DNA of 64,000 bases, taken from positions 6,364,724 to 6,428,723 of the forward strand of contig MU054338.1 in NCBI GenBank assembly GCA_013239625.1, given 5' to 3'. How positions within the stretch are numbered: the first letter of the stretch is position 1; every line of letters starts with the position of its first letter. A program made the position numbers and the translations under genes. The notes under the pieces were generated by a model. The model made no database searches, was not told where the DNA came from, and saw nothing but the letters and a program-made list of their open reading frames with translations. Positions 15,201 through 39,199 of this stretch are shown in pieces. The stretch comes from Lama guanicoe (taxonomy: Eukaryota).

Positions 15201-17445
15201 TGAGAAGAGAAGGACCTCTTGGGCCTTGCTCACTGTGACATCCCCGTTTAAACCAGCCTCTGCTGCTCACTTTGACTGTACCACCCTGCACCAGGGAAAA
15301 ATATGGTAGAGTGACCAAGTGGGTGAGGACGGAGCTGAGAGGCCCCCACCTGCCTGCCCCATTTCTGCCCCTCAACTGTCTCATCTGTACAATGGAATTG
15401 ACCCCAGGTGACAGTACTCAGTGTCTGGCATGCGGCGAGTGTGTCAAAGACACGGAAAGTCCATTCAGTGCAAGACCAGAGCCACCCCCCAATCACCACT
15501 GAAAGGGGCAACTCGAGCAGCTGAGCTGTGGCAGCAGGGACCCCAACAGGCACTGCAGGGACCCCACAAGGGTTTTGGTTATTCCTCAACACCTGGCCTT
15601 GTTCCAGAAACTTCTGAGGCCACTCAGAGGTACAAGCACAGCACAGGAAGAGTTAACACTAGACCCTGAAGCCAGGCCATGGGGAAAAGGAAAACCCAAT
15701 GAAGCCAGGGGTAAGGGCGCTACTCCAGGGACAGGCCAGCAGGCCCAGAGGGGAGGCCTCCATGATGGCTGAGGCCCTGGGTTCAAGTCTGGCCCCTTGG
15801 GCAAGCTCCTGTGACTCAGTTTCTTCATCAGCAAACAGAGATCAAGCACTGGGCTCAAAGTGGTCAAGGTGCCTCGTACCTCGGCCCCAGCAAGGATCGT
15901 GACTCCTGCAACAACCCCCGGGGGCCCCCTGCCTTCACTCATCCCTCAGGGACAGTCTGGAAGCCCCGAGCAGCAGTTATAAACATTCCAACAGAAGGAC
16001 CTTCTAGGATGTGTTGAGTGGCTGGAAAACACGTTGCCAAACGATATCATCAAGGTGGGACCAGTTCTGGAAAACATACCAAAAAAGAAGCAACCCGAAC
16101 CATGCTGTGAATTTTCTACAAGTACCGACCTGCACTACCTACATCAACACATGAGAGGGTCTGGCAGGACAGAGGCCAAACTGGCAATGGTGGTTCCACA
16201 TGGAGCTGGAAGGGAGGGACAGGGTGGGCAGTGCGTTCTTCCTCATCTGTCACGGTGTCCCTTTTTACAAGAACGCTGTCCTCAGTGTTCTGTATGTGAC
16301 TGAAAATCGAGGAAAAGCAGGCCTCTGACAGGCAGCTTCCTGACTGCTGGGTGCCCATCGGTCTTGCCTTCACTTGCCTCAGTCCCCTTTCCACATCTGA
16401 AGGGGGCACCTGCGGAGCCCTCTGTTCCTACACATCCCTCTGCCTGGGGCACTCTTCTCCCGGGGCCTTCGAGGGCCTGGTTCCATAGCAGGGCTCACTC
16501 TGACCGCCTCGTCTGAAGCAGTCCCCGCCTAGGCCCTCTCTTGCTCCCCCCACCATTTTCACTGCACTTCTCCATCTTCAGAATGTTGTCGCTCATTTAA
16601 TCATTCTCCTGATCTCTGTCCATCTCGGCCCCCAACACCCAGCACAGAGTACAGACTACTTAAGGCCTGCTGTCAGACACATGGCTGATAACCACTAAGG
16701 ACCCTGAAAGTCAGATGTCGCTGCATCCACCCCCAGGGTACAAGTGCCAGAGTGTCCACTACTGACCCCACTGCCGAAAGCCACGGACACACCTTCCCAA
16801 TCCCACCATCCCTGGGCATTGGGCTCTGGAGGAGACAGGCCCAGCTCAGGCCCTGCTCCTGCAACCTTCTCTGTGGGACTTCAATCCAGCCCCCCCCCAG
16901 GCCTCAGTTTTCTTACCTGTAAAGCAGGGACTGCTGGGACCACCTGGGCAGATTTTAGACCTGAGTCCCTGGGGCACAGCACAGGGCGATTCTCCACAAA
17001 CATCAGTTCTTACTGTGTCATAAACATCCAGCAGCAGGTGAAACCGGAGGGCCACCCAGCCCGCTGCCCAAGGCGAAGGGGCTCCAAGGGGGAAAAATCC
17101 CCAGCACTGAGCAGGGACCGCGCTGCCAGTACTAACAGGAACCCCAAATGTACCTGGAAGCAGGACTCATTTCTCTTCAGGGCCATTCTGCTTAGAGGTA
17201 GAGCAATTTTTTTCTTTATTCGGATCGTAGCTAATGGCCTATAAATACCTCATTATTGGCTTGCATTTTTCACACAAGCTTTAACACAATAAGGGCTTAA
17301 TTACAGCATGCGGTTGGCAACCTCAGAAAATTAAGGGTTAGATGCTGTCCCCATTTTTTTATGCAGTCGAGGAGCCTGTAATTTTGGTATTTTCATTCAA
17401 ATCGGGCAAAAGCTTGGCAGATGCGGCTCTGAGCCAAAGTGCAAA

Positions 17446-17448
<3 letters not shown>

Positions 17449-17502
<54 letters not shown>
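17449..17502. repeat. (GA)27 microsatellite
   Basis: Uninterrupted GA dinucleotide run. Confidence 0.98.
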
Positions 17503-17509
<7 letters not shown>

Positions 17510-20500
17510 ACACACACAGGGTTCCACTCAGTGACAGCCCCTTCCGCCCCTGCTACCTTTGAAAACTCCAAATCTAGAACTGTCCATGAGGCCGTCCTCT
17601 GCCCTCACCCACAATCAATCGGACTTACAACCAGGGGATTTCAATGTGTGTACCTAGCGAGGGCCATTATTCCCAGACAAATAACTCTGAAAAGCATTTG
17701 GGCAGCCCAGAGCTGAGCTCTGGAGAAATCTGTCTTCCTGGTTACAAACATAATCCCAAAACGAAAAAAAAAACAAGCCAAGAATCACGTGGGGAGACAA
17801 CCCACGTTGGGAGGTTCGGGGCCGTACATCTTTCCAGGCTTTTGACTACGAAAATACAACCGTTTTGAATAAGGTGGGGTCACACGTCCACTTGGTCCGG
17901 GCCCTAGCAGGTCTCACGGCTTTCTGGGTCATTAAATCCTCTTCTAGATCACTCTGGGGAGCTATTTCCTAGCTGGCTGTCGAGACACATTGTTCGCTTA
18001 GCCAATTCGCTACTGTTAGGCCTTTTTACTCCCAATTTCCCACCATCACACACTAAATGAGCGTAAAAACTCTCAGGGCCAAATATTTGTTCTCAGCCAC
18101 CATTCCCACTTAGAAACAGCAGGAGCAGGCTCCCACTAGCATTTCAGGACCTGGTTCGCCAGCTGGTTCCGGCTGCATCCCAGAGCTGAAACTACATCGA
18201 TGGGCACTCAATGAGTGTTTGTGCTAAAGTGAGGTGTTACTTACAGAAATAAAGTAATCACGAATTCCTTCTCTTTAAGGAGAAAGAAATTAACAGGGGA
18301 TCTTCAGCGTCCTGACCAAGGGCTATACAAATGCACCAATCTGATATTTCACAAGGATTATAGCTCATTTGATGCTCAACCCGCTCCCAAGAGAGAGGGA
18401 CCATCACGACCCCCATTTTCCCAACAAGGAAACTAAGATCCAAGAAGTGAGGCCATTCAAGGTGATGGGCGGCAACGCCACCACAGCCACATTCCCACAG
18501 GCTCCTCCAGACTCCCCCTGCTCCGGGTGGCCCAGGTTCTACAGACCACACAGAAAGGCACTTCGGCTTTACCCAAAAGGAAGGACAATGGGAATAGGAG
18601 CTGTCATTTCTAAGATCTGTTGAGGGACAAAGCAACCCAAAGGGCAGCCCATGTGCCCACCCTCAGTGCAGCAAGGACATGAGCCAATGGTCACCTGACT
18701 CGCATTCATCCAGCGCCCACCATGTGCCTGGGGGCAGCCCCATGAGACAGCCACGTCCCCTCAGGGACACATCACTGAAGATCGAATGGAAACGCAGCTG
18801 GAGATGGTGGAATCTGTGATCAGCTGCTTCTTGTTAAAAGAAAAACAGTATCAGGCTGGACATGTGTCCGCAGGTACTACTCACTGAGAACATGGAGGTA
18901 AAGCTGCAAATCAAAGGCAAGAGCACTCACCTGGCCCAGGCCCAGGCCCAGCGGGAGAGTAACAAGGCCACCGGCAGCTTTCCCTCTACTCAGGGCCCTC
19001 CCTGGTCCCCAAGGCTTGGCGTGGCCGGCACCCCACCCTACTCCATTATCTACCCAGCCTCCACTCCCCCTACTCTCCCACTATACTGTCCTCCAGGCAC
19101 ACTCTCAACTCAGGGCCTTTGCACTGGCTGTTCACACAGTCTGGGATGCTCTTCCCCCAGATCTCCGCTGGTGGGTCCTCCCTTACTTCCCTAAGGCCTT
19201 CCCTGACCTTCCTCATTTAAAACTTTTGAAACTGCAATGTCCCCCTACCCTCTCCATAATCCTGCTCTTTCTTCCCCCGGAAACAGTTATCACCTTCTAC
19301 CTTGTTTCTTCTTTATCTGCTCCCTGCTGGAAGGCTAGCTCCCCTAGGGCAGGGGTTTTGGTGTCTTGCTCAGGGCTGTGTCTGAAGCCCTACAACAGAG
19401 CCCTACACAAGTGAACTTGCTCAGAAAACATTTTTCAATTAACAAATGAAAAATGCGTGCCATTTTAAGTGCTTTTTCTGCGCCACTCTTCGAAGCCCCC
19501 TATGTGGTCTCATTTAATCCTCACTCCACCCTCAGTGACAGGCAGGGAATGCATTTATCTGCCCTGAGAGATGAAACACACCCAACCTGGTGCCCTGAAT
19601 GGGGCCCAGGAGTTGATACTGTTAACAGCCCCATTTCCTAGCTGGGAAACTGAGGCTCAGAAAGGAAAGGCTCACAGGATCAAGCCCATGCCTGGGAGGC
19701 CTCAATCTCAACTTCAGCCTCTCCCTCCTGCTCTTTTCCCTGAGGAAAAACTTCCAAACCCCTTGCTTCTTGCCAGCTCCCAGAGACTAAGTAACAAGAC
19801 ACCAGGGAGCCACATCCCCCACCCACGACCACTGGCCGGTCCAGGGCGGGAGAAGACTTGGGTCTTAAACTCAAAGGTTCCCAGGGCCAGGAGCCTCCAG
19901 GCCAATGTGAGATGGGCCCGAGAAAGCACAAGGAGGAGTGGGGACTGTGGCAGCTCAAGTGGCCACTCCTAGTCTGATAGGGCAGCCCATGGCTTCTGAG
20001 ATCCAGGCAGTTGGTGGCAGGTGAGACACAGGCCCAGGGAGGTCAGAATACTATGACTATTAACAGCAGCAGCCACGCGTACCAGGTCCACACACCCAAC
20101 ACCGTTAGCTCACCCAGTCCCGCTAGAAGGGCCTAGTTATCACCCCATTTTCCTTGGCCAAAGTCACCCAGCCAAATGTGTTGGAGCCAGGCCTAGGGCC
20201 CAGAGCCTGTGCGCTACGCCACTAAACTCTAAAGATCTTGGGTATTTGCTAGCGCTACCAAAATCCAATTTTGATGTGAGGTCTCATTTTTAAATGTTGG
20301 CAGCTAATTAAAACAAAACATTTAAATACCGTACTGATGGGGCAAGCCAGCTTCAGCCCCAGGGTGACCAACCTGCAACACCTGGTACAGGGCTGAGCCA
20401 TCCGGGCCACTCTCACTCGGATCACATTCTTAGAAAACCCACAAGGGGGAGGCAGGGAAGCACAGCAGCCCATGCTGCCCCTGCAGGCCCAGAACCTGAC

Positions 20501-22867
20501 ACGCTCTCGTTTGTTCCCTGAAACTAGCTGGAAGAGCCTCTGTGTGAGTCCATGGTGCCAGGGAGGAAACGGTCCTCAGCTTCAGCACAGTTCAGCCAAA
20601 GTCACGAAAAGAGGGATTCAAAGCGAGGCCCGCCCGACATCCCCCGATGGCAGGGTTTTGTAGCTGAGAAGCCTTACCCGCACTCCAGAAACAAAGAGCA
20701 GTTGGCTCTGAGCACCCCATACCCAGAGAAAGGCCTTTTTACAGCTTTGGTTCTTGAGCCCTGTATTAACGCCCTTAACGACCTAGGTCACACTGTAGGC
20801 TCAGGGAGGAGGTTGCCACCAGAGCCAGCTCAGTAGCAGTTGGCAGTGGCTAGATGCCCAGGTGGGTGGGAGGGAAAGGTGAGGGCCAGAGGGACCGAGG
20901 AGAGGTGGGGATGGGAGAGAGACCCGGGGTCCCTAACCCAGAGCCCTCAGTCCCTCACTGGACAGCCTCAAGCAAGAATGCACAGCTCTCTGAGCCTCAG
21001 TTTCCTGCTCTAGAAAATGGTATCACAGCAGTGCCAGCCACAAAAGGCTTAAATGAAGTCCAGAGGGCAGAACTTTAGGGCACTTTAATTCGGACTGGCT
21101 TCTGTTGTCGATATGAAAAGAATCAGACTAGGGAATAACAGCCCCATCCGTGTAGACCTGCTGTGTGCCAGGCACCACGCTAAGTACACACTTTCAACAC
21201 ATCATCCTTGCAACAGGCTTGTTGAGGGTCCATCACCTCATTTTTATGAAGGGAAACTGAGGCTAAGAGAGATCAAACACCCTGTGCAAGGTGACAAGGC
21301 AGAGGAAATGAACAGACCTTTGCAGACACCCACTGGAAGCCTGGACAGGCAGGAAGATGGCCAAGCAGGGGTCCCAGAGCCCAACCAAAGGCTCAGCCCA
21401 GACCCGGCGGATCCCAAGTCCACACCTTTCCGCCACAGTGGACAGAAGGCAATGTGCCAGAGACAAAGAGGCAAAGGAGGAAATTCATGCTGCTGGGAAC
21501 AAAACCCCAGGTCTCTGGGAAGGCAAGGGTGGGGATGGGTTCCCAGCTGGGCTCCACTGAGCGCCAGCCTGGTGGCCTTGGGCAAACAGCGAGTCCTTTC
21601 TGAGCTAAACCAAGAAAGAACTCAGCCTGGGGCCTGCTAGATGAATGTTACCTCTTAACACTGATAGCAACAACAGTAACAGTAACGGTGACTATGACAT
21701 GATCATTTGCAGCCAGTCTCAAATGGAGTCCTTCCCAGAATGGAGAAGTGGCTACCCATCTGGGAGGCAGAAGGGCAAGAGGTGGGGGAAGGGAGAGGGA
21801 AGAACCAACTGCCCTCAATGGCCACAGGAACCATTCTCCTCCTTTAGCTTCCAGAATCCTGGAAAGAGCCCAGAGAGGAATTTGCCCACTGGACAGATGG
21901 GCAAACAGACTTCTCAGGGCTGCCCAAGGAAGGCTGTGTCCCAGTTCTTGCCACTGAGGCCTGATTAGGCAAGTTACTTCCCAGGATCCAAGAAAGGCCC
22001 CCAATTTGCAGGTTTTTGCTTGAGAGCTGGCCCCTATGTTCCAGTGCCCCAGAGACATCCCAATATGGGCCAGGAAAGAGTCCTGGAGAAAGTTTCCCCC
22101 AGGGTCCTACTTTCAATTGAGAGGAGTTCAGGTCCCATCCTTCAGCTCCCTTCTCCTCTGCATGCTCCCACCACTGCCAGAGGTTGGGTCAGACAGTCAA
22201 GGACAGCTAGGGCACTGACAGGCAGCCTAGGAGAAGGACAGACACCAGGATAGACAGACAAAAGGATCCACTAGGAAGAAGGAGCCAGCGTTCACCAAGC
22301 ACCAAGCTGACGAGTCAGCCCAGGACAGCCAGCCAACAGGGTCCCCTAGGGTCCAGCAGAGGCCAGCTGGGGCAAAGCAACAGAAAAAGAGCTCAGTGTT
22401 AAAGTCTGTGAGGGGCACGGATGGGCAGCCAGACAAGATGGGTCATCCTGAACAGCTCGCCAGGCAGCAGGGGGCTGCCCTGCGGTACTGGACAGATGGA
22501 CAGCCAAATGATGGTGGCGGAGAAGCCTGTCCAGGACAGAGAGACAGCTAACCAGACGGCAAAAGCTGCTCCAGATAAATGAACAGCCAGTCAGACTGCA
22601 GGGGTCGGCCCAATAGATATCTAGGTGACAGGTTTCAGAAAAGGGAGACCTACACCTGGCACACAAGCAACCAGATGGCAGAATTCACCCACTAGAGCTA
22701 GAGACCAGAGAGCAGGTGGGGGTCCACTGCCCTTCCTGGCCCACGCCCCCCGGCCCGTGAGACGCCCCTGGGGTCTGGGCCGGCTCCCTAGCCTCTGCAG
22801 GAAGCCCTCCGCCCAGGACGTCCCACAGGGCCCGCCTCCCTGTCCCCGTCCCCGTCGCGGGCACGCA

Positions 22868-23281
<414 letters not shown>

Positions 23282-23910
23282 TCATCCGGTTCTCAGGCGA
23301 CACCCGACCCGAGCGACCTCCCGCCCGGGCCCTGGGGCTGCGCCCGAAGCCCTCGCGCCGCCTCCAATTGGTCGGCCGCGCCGTCACTCCTGGACATAAG
23401 CCAATGAAAGCGAGGCACGGGCTTACGGCCTAATGAGCCTCCCCACGGGGAACCATCTCTCGGGCTCATTGGAGGCAACAACTGTCGCTGTTGTGCAAGA
23501 GCCAATAGAGGAGGGAAGCGAGTCGTCCAGGCCGGGAGGCGGTGTTTCGGGAAAAGCATGTTGGCCCCGCCCATAGGGTGGAGTTCCCGGATGGCAAGAA
23601 CACTCGCCAGTCTTATTGGTAGAAGGACCCGTCAGTCAAGGAAGCTGACCAATGATACTAGGATCGATTCTTAAACCCTGGTTTGTCACTTGACACTACT
23701 TAGTTTCCTAAAAATTTCCTATTGGTTTATATAAATATCACTCTGTTCCATCAGCCAACAAATCAAAAGAGGGTGGGCTCTAACCGCTGAGTCTTGACTC
23801 CGATTGAAAACTGTATCTGTCAATCAAAGAATATCCCGTTCTTACTTGTGCTTGTTGGATGTCTGTCAGTCTTCTGGAGCAGAGGGTAGGCCGACAGTAC
23901 TCGCCAACAC

Positions 23911-23926
23911 GCGCCACCTCGTGGTA
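23911..23926 (-). promoter_or_regulatory. CTCF-like motif between QTRT1 3' end and DNM2 promoter
   Basis: Minus strand TACCACGAGGTGGCGC fits CCASYAGRKGGCRS closely. Confidence 0.55.
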
Positions 23927-23973
23927 GGACTCAGTCATGATTGTCACTTGTGAGTTTTTGGGCTGTAAAGAAA

Positions 23974-23995
23974 ACTACAAGTCCCAAAATGCATC
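23974..23995 (+). promoter_or_regulatory. ACTACA-SBS composite motif (ZNF143/THAP11-type) upstream of DNM2
   Basis: ACTACAAGTCCCAAAATGCATC matches ACTACAAnTCCCAnAATGCA consensus. Confidence 0.7.
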
Positions 23996-25571
23996 TCGGC
24001 CCTAGGCTTGCAAATCAGCTCCTTGCGCGGGGTCCCAGTACACTTTGAAGGTGAGAGGCGCTGTTAGTGGTTCCTAGGGGAGAGGAAGTCTAGCACGCCA
24101 CCTGGTTCCACTTTCATTACTATTAAGTCACACCTCCAGGCCCTTGCTAGGCCCACCCCTAGGAATATCTTCTGCTCACGCCTGTCCTGATGCAGCTAAC
24201 GCTCCAACGCTGTTTCAACGCCTCTTCAACTTTAGCACATCTTGGGTATTTTTGAGTACACAATTGAAAGGTAACGGATCCTCTCCCCAGGAAAAGACAC
24301 GCTATTTTGTAGGCAATGTTGGGGGTTCTGGGAAACTGGGACTCTTGGCCACTTGGAAAAGAGGCCAGGGATAGGTGGAAGGATTTGAAGACAACTGATT
24401 TGATTCCTCTGGACATAGAAGGGCCAAAGAGAAGCAGCCCAGTAAGGAGCCAGGAGCAAAGGAGGTGGGGAAGTGACAGGGCACAGTGGTAACAGGAGAA
24501 TGGAGAAACAGTGAGTAGGAGGATGGCAGAGTGGCCAAAGTTATATGCCTGCTCCATGACCCAAAACCCCAGATCTCAGAGATAGGCAAAAAAACAATCG
24601 ACAGTGTCTGGCACTGCAACCTTAAGCACAATCACAGAAAACTGGAAACACCCTAACTGCCCATTTATGGAGCTTATTAAATAAATACTATGCAGCAGCT
24701 GTAAAAAAAGACTGAGGAAGTTTTCATGTACTGACATGTAAACAATTTGAGATATACTCAGAGAAAGGGAAAAAAGCAAGGTAGAGAATTGCATGTAAAG
24801 GATACTGACATTCATGAAAAAATATGTACATGTGGAAAATTGCTGAAAGAATATATCAGTTGATCAAAGTAGTTGCATTTTTATGATATTTGAATTGTAG
24901 ATCCTACACATGTGTTACTTTTTCAATTTAAAAAACCTTATCTTCTAAGAGGACCAGCTGTATAATTGGCCATATTTGGATTAGATCCTGAGCCTGTTTA
25001 TTTGCTGGGTGATAATGACCAAGTGACTTCATTTCTCTGAACTTCAGTTTCCTCATCTGTAAAATGGAGCACTATAAAGTTGCAAGAATTAAAGACACTT
25101 GACAATCGTTTAGAACAGTGCCAGGCACAGTGTAACTTCTACTGATAATGAGATTAAGCCATATGTCTGAAGAGTCAAGGCAAAGAGCAGGTGTTCTGGA
25201 GCCCGACTGCTACTTCCTTGATGGTGACGTTGGGCAAGCAACTTCCCCCTCTCTGGACCTATAAAAAGGGGAAGGACCAGAGTGCCCACCCCCCAGGATG
25301 GCTTAGGGTACCGAGCAACAGGGAAGGGATGCAGATCCCACTGTGGGCACTTCCTACATGCTAGGTTTCCAGATAGCAGCTGTTGCTATGGTTACTTGCT
25401 ATTATCTATGGGGGTTGGGGGTGAGGGGTCATGGACCCCAGTAACACTCAGACCAGTAAAGGGACCAAGACAGACCACCTCCCCAAGAAGACACGGACAT
25501 ATTCTATATTATTTATAAAAAAAAAAATCCTTCAATATCTTACATCCTCTCCCTCCCTCCCCAAAGTGAAG

Positions 25572-35454
<9,883 letters not shown>

Positions 35455-35464
<10 letters not shown>

Positions 35465-35660
35465 CTTGCCTGCCGGAACCACGTGGGCGGCGGAACACCC
35501 TGGGCGGCGCCATGTTGGCCTGCGTCACGTGACGGGAGACGCGGGCAGGAGCCTTGGAAGAGCGTCAGACGAACCATGGAAACGGACGCCGGCGCGCTCC
35601 TCCTCGCAGGGCGTTCAGTTCCGTTCCACAGGCAGAGAGAGCTCTGCCGCGAAGTGCTAA
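35455..35660. promoter_or_regulatory. QTRT1 CpG-island promoter with YY1 motifs and E-boxes
   Basis: GCCGCCATCTTG (~35457-35468, YY1 consensus over the ATG), CACGTG 35480-35485, GGCGCCATGTTG ~35507, palindromic GTCACGTGAC 35524-35533; CpG-rich from ~34680. Confidence 0.8.
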
Positions 35661-36154
35661 AATTGTATTGGTTTGGAAGCCCATTCCTTTCACTCCCTCG
35701 CAACCAAACCCTCTCTAATCTACAGTTTTATCCTCCATCAAGTGATACTATTAGACATAAAGGCATTGTGAATATTGATAACAGGATGGATGTATATTGA
35801 TTTTTTACACAATGCCTGAGACAGGCTTTTGTCTCTTGAACATTACCTTGCTCCAAGGGCTTAGAACAGGACCTAGCACGGTACGTACTCAATAAACATT
35901 ACTTTGTTCAATGAAAGAAGAAATCACAGATTTACAGAAAGGGAGACTCAGGTCCAGAACCTGGTTACATTAATTCGGTCATTCATACAGCGTACCCCTA
36001 CATATACATCCCCACTAGTGTCAGCCTCCATGCTGCACAGGGATGAGAGAGGCTGGGTCACGGGTTTATTAAGCACTGGCTGTGTTCAACTAATAATAAT
36101 AGCAATATAAAAAATATATAGTCTTATGGTTGGAAAAAGAGCCGACATCCGTCA

Positions 36155-36171
36155 TGGCCAGCAGAGGGCGC
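36155..36171 (+). promoter_or_regulatory. CTCF consensus site upstream of QTRT1
   Basis: TGGCCAGCAGAGGGCGC, near-perfect CTCF core. Confidence 0.7.
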
Positions 36172-37097
36172 ATATGCCCCAGAAGCCTTCTCAGGATCAC
36201 TGGCCTGAAGCGGCCTGATCTCAGCAAGACGAACCTAGAAGCCTTGGGCTAGTAATACCAGTTTCTCAGGGTGCTAGAGTCCTCATGAGGACACGTCTGG
36301 AAAACACCCAACAGTGAGGCCTCACTGCCTGTTGCTATTATCAGCAAAACTCCTCTGATATTCCTGTGGATGCTGGCTCATATCTTCACCGTCAGTTGCT
36401 CTGAACTTCCCCAAAGTTAAAGAACCCTTCACTGATACCCATGACTGTATATCACATCGCCTGTAACTCATATTGTGCTTTTAAGAACCTCTATACCTTG
36501 ACAGGCCCAGCATCGTCCTCTTTTCTGAACTCTCATCTTCTCTTTGGGAGATACCTCCTTGACATCCCCACTGGGTGCCCAAAACAGCTCATGATTGTCC
36601 CCCCAGGCTTGCCTACCCACCTCCATCTTCCCCTTCTCGGTAGCAGCAGCACAATCCTTCCAGGAGCTCAGACCAGAAACTTTGGAATGGTCTTTAAGCC
36701 CTCACTATCTGTCATCCCTACATCTGATTAATCAGCAATTCCTGGTTGCTCTTCTTTCAAAATCTATCCAGAATCTACCACTCCACAACCCCTCCCTAGC
36801 TCTCACACTGGTCCAGTCACCAGCATCTCTTGCCTGGCTAGTTACTCCTCACTGGTCTCTTGGCTTCTGACCTTTACTCCCTACAGTATATACTGGATTT
36901 CTTGGATCTGAGGATTGGAGCCTTTCCATAATTTTGAAAAATTCTCGGTTATTCTCTCTGAAGAGCTGCAGTTGCCTGTAACTTAGCCTGCAGCACAGGT
37001 AGCTGTGAGCATGATGAGAAATGCTGACTTGCTTCTCCTCCTGAGAAGTTAGCCTTGCAAAATTCAACATGTTTGAACTGAGAACTTCTTAAAAATA

Positions 37098-37102
<5 letters not shown>

Positions 37103-37128
<26 letters not shown>
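37103..37128. repeat. (TG)n microsatellite
   Basis: Direct reading. Confidence 0.95.
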
Positions 37129-37132
<4 letters not shown>

Positions 37133-38021
37133 ATATTAACACATTTCCATAAGGAACAAGAGTACAAAATGGTGGTCTTTGGAGTTTGTAACTATGAGAG
37201 TTTTCATTGAACTGTACTTTTATATTTTATGCACTTTTCTTCATTTGTAATATTTCATATTTCCAAATGTATAAAAAATTCAGAAAGGGTAAAAGGTGGA
37301 CAAACCTAGTCCCACCTCATCCCCCATCCACCCACTTTCCATCTCAGCCTTCCCTAGACATGTTTTTATCAGATTATTGTGTCTTTCTTGTGTTTTCTCA
37401 TGCAAACAGAAGCAAATATTAACTTAAATACTTATACACATCTCTTTAGACACAAAAGGAGGCTTGCTAGTTACCCTGGGGGATGCACTTCACTTTTGGT
37501 TTACACCTTGGAGGCCATTCCATGTCAGTACATTGTTCCCTTGTTTGTTTGTTTTTTTTTTCAACAGTTGCCTAGTATCCCAAAATATGGGTAGACCGTC
37601 ACTCACTGTGGGATCTCCCTTCGATTCTCTCTTGATTTGTGAGTAATTTTTTGCTTCTACAAAAAAGGCTACAATGAATGATCTTGTATTTAAGTCATTT
37701 CACATGGCAGTAAATATATCTTTAGGAAAATTTTCTGGTGACTAGGTCAAAGAATATAATGAGATCCTACCCAAATGCCCTCCATAGGGTTGTGGCATTT
37801 GCTCCTGCACCAGAAAGCAGTGTATGGAAGTGCCTGCTTCCCCACAGGCTCTCCAACACAATTTCAACTGGTAATTCCGTGTCATTTTTAATGTGCCTTT
37901 CTTTTATTTCCAATGAGGTTTGGTACCTATTCTTCACTTCCACCTTCTTGAAACATACTTCCTATAGCTTTTCTGGCCTCATTCTCCTGATTTGTTGAAC
38001 TATTTCTTTTTAATTCTCCTA

Positions 38022-38093
<72 letters not shown>

Positions 38094-38127
38094 GAAGAAG
38101 AAGAAGAAGAAGAAGAAGAAGAAGAAG
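38022..38127. repeat. Compound (AAT)23-(AAG)12 trinucleotide microsatellite
   Basis: Direct reading; explains the poly-L/poly-Y ORF 37927..38262. Confidence 0.98.
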
Positions 38128-39199
38128 ATGATTAAGAGCTAATACTGCCAACACTAATGGAGCAGGTGCCACTGTGTGCCAGGTGTCAGGTAATCCATAC
38201 ATTGTCATTGCCTCATTTGGACTCTCACAGTACAATGTGGTAGGTATTGTTATTATCTCCATTTTATGAATAAAGTAATCGAGGCAGAGATATTTACTGA
38301 CTTACTCATGGTTACTTGATTACTAATCAAGGAACAGGAATTGAAATCTAGTCCTATCTGAGCCCTGTGAAGCTACCCTCTTATACAGCTTCTTTTCCTG
38401 AAGAAGGCAGTGGTAGCGATTGTGGCCCAGTGCAGGGGTGAAAGGGTTACAGCCAGAGGAGGAACATGGTGGGGGGCGGGGATTCAGGCTCTGCCACTCA
38501 GAAACCAAGTGACTTTAGTCGGGTGGTGGCCACTCTGTGAGTCTCATTTTCTTCATCTTTAAATTGAGGCAGAGGGTCATTATGAAGGTACACAGTAAAT
38601 GCCAAAATACACACATGAGTATATGTGCAGTAAACATTATGGAGCACCCCCACTCTGTGTGAGACACTTCTCACTGCTGGCACCGTAGCAGTGAACAAGT
38701 AGACAGAAACCCATGCCCTGGAGGGGTGAACAAGAAAAATGTGTAAAATACATCATGCCTCAGGTGATTATGAGTGTTGGGAATAAAGAAATCAGGGAAA
38801 GAGAGGAGTTGGGAGGTGACAATTTAAGTAGGGTGGTCAAGACCAGATCTACTGAGAAGGTGGGATTTGAGTTAAGGCCCGAAGGATATGAGGGAGGCAT
38901 CAAATGAGAGGGCATTTCAGGCAGTGGGAACAATGAGAGCAAAGGTTCTGGTGAGGTCGGAATGTGCCTAGATCACTTGCAGTGCAGCAGGGAGGGCAGT
39001 ATGGCTAGAAGGAGTGAGAGAAGGAGCGGAAGATGAGGGTCAAAAGATCAGAGTGAGAGAGCCTGCAAAGCCTCTGGTTTGCGGTGAGAATTGTGGCTTT
39101 CCCCTGAACTAGATGGAAGAGTGGGGGTTTCTTAGAGGAGCGAGGAGTGAAGAAAGCTTTTTCTATCACCAGAGGTAAAATGGGGGATGGAGGTGGGGT

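Noticed and set aside
37927..38262. ORF with poly-Leu/poly-Tyr
   Set aside because: Translation of the (AAT)n(AAG)n microsatellite
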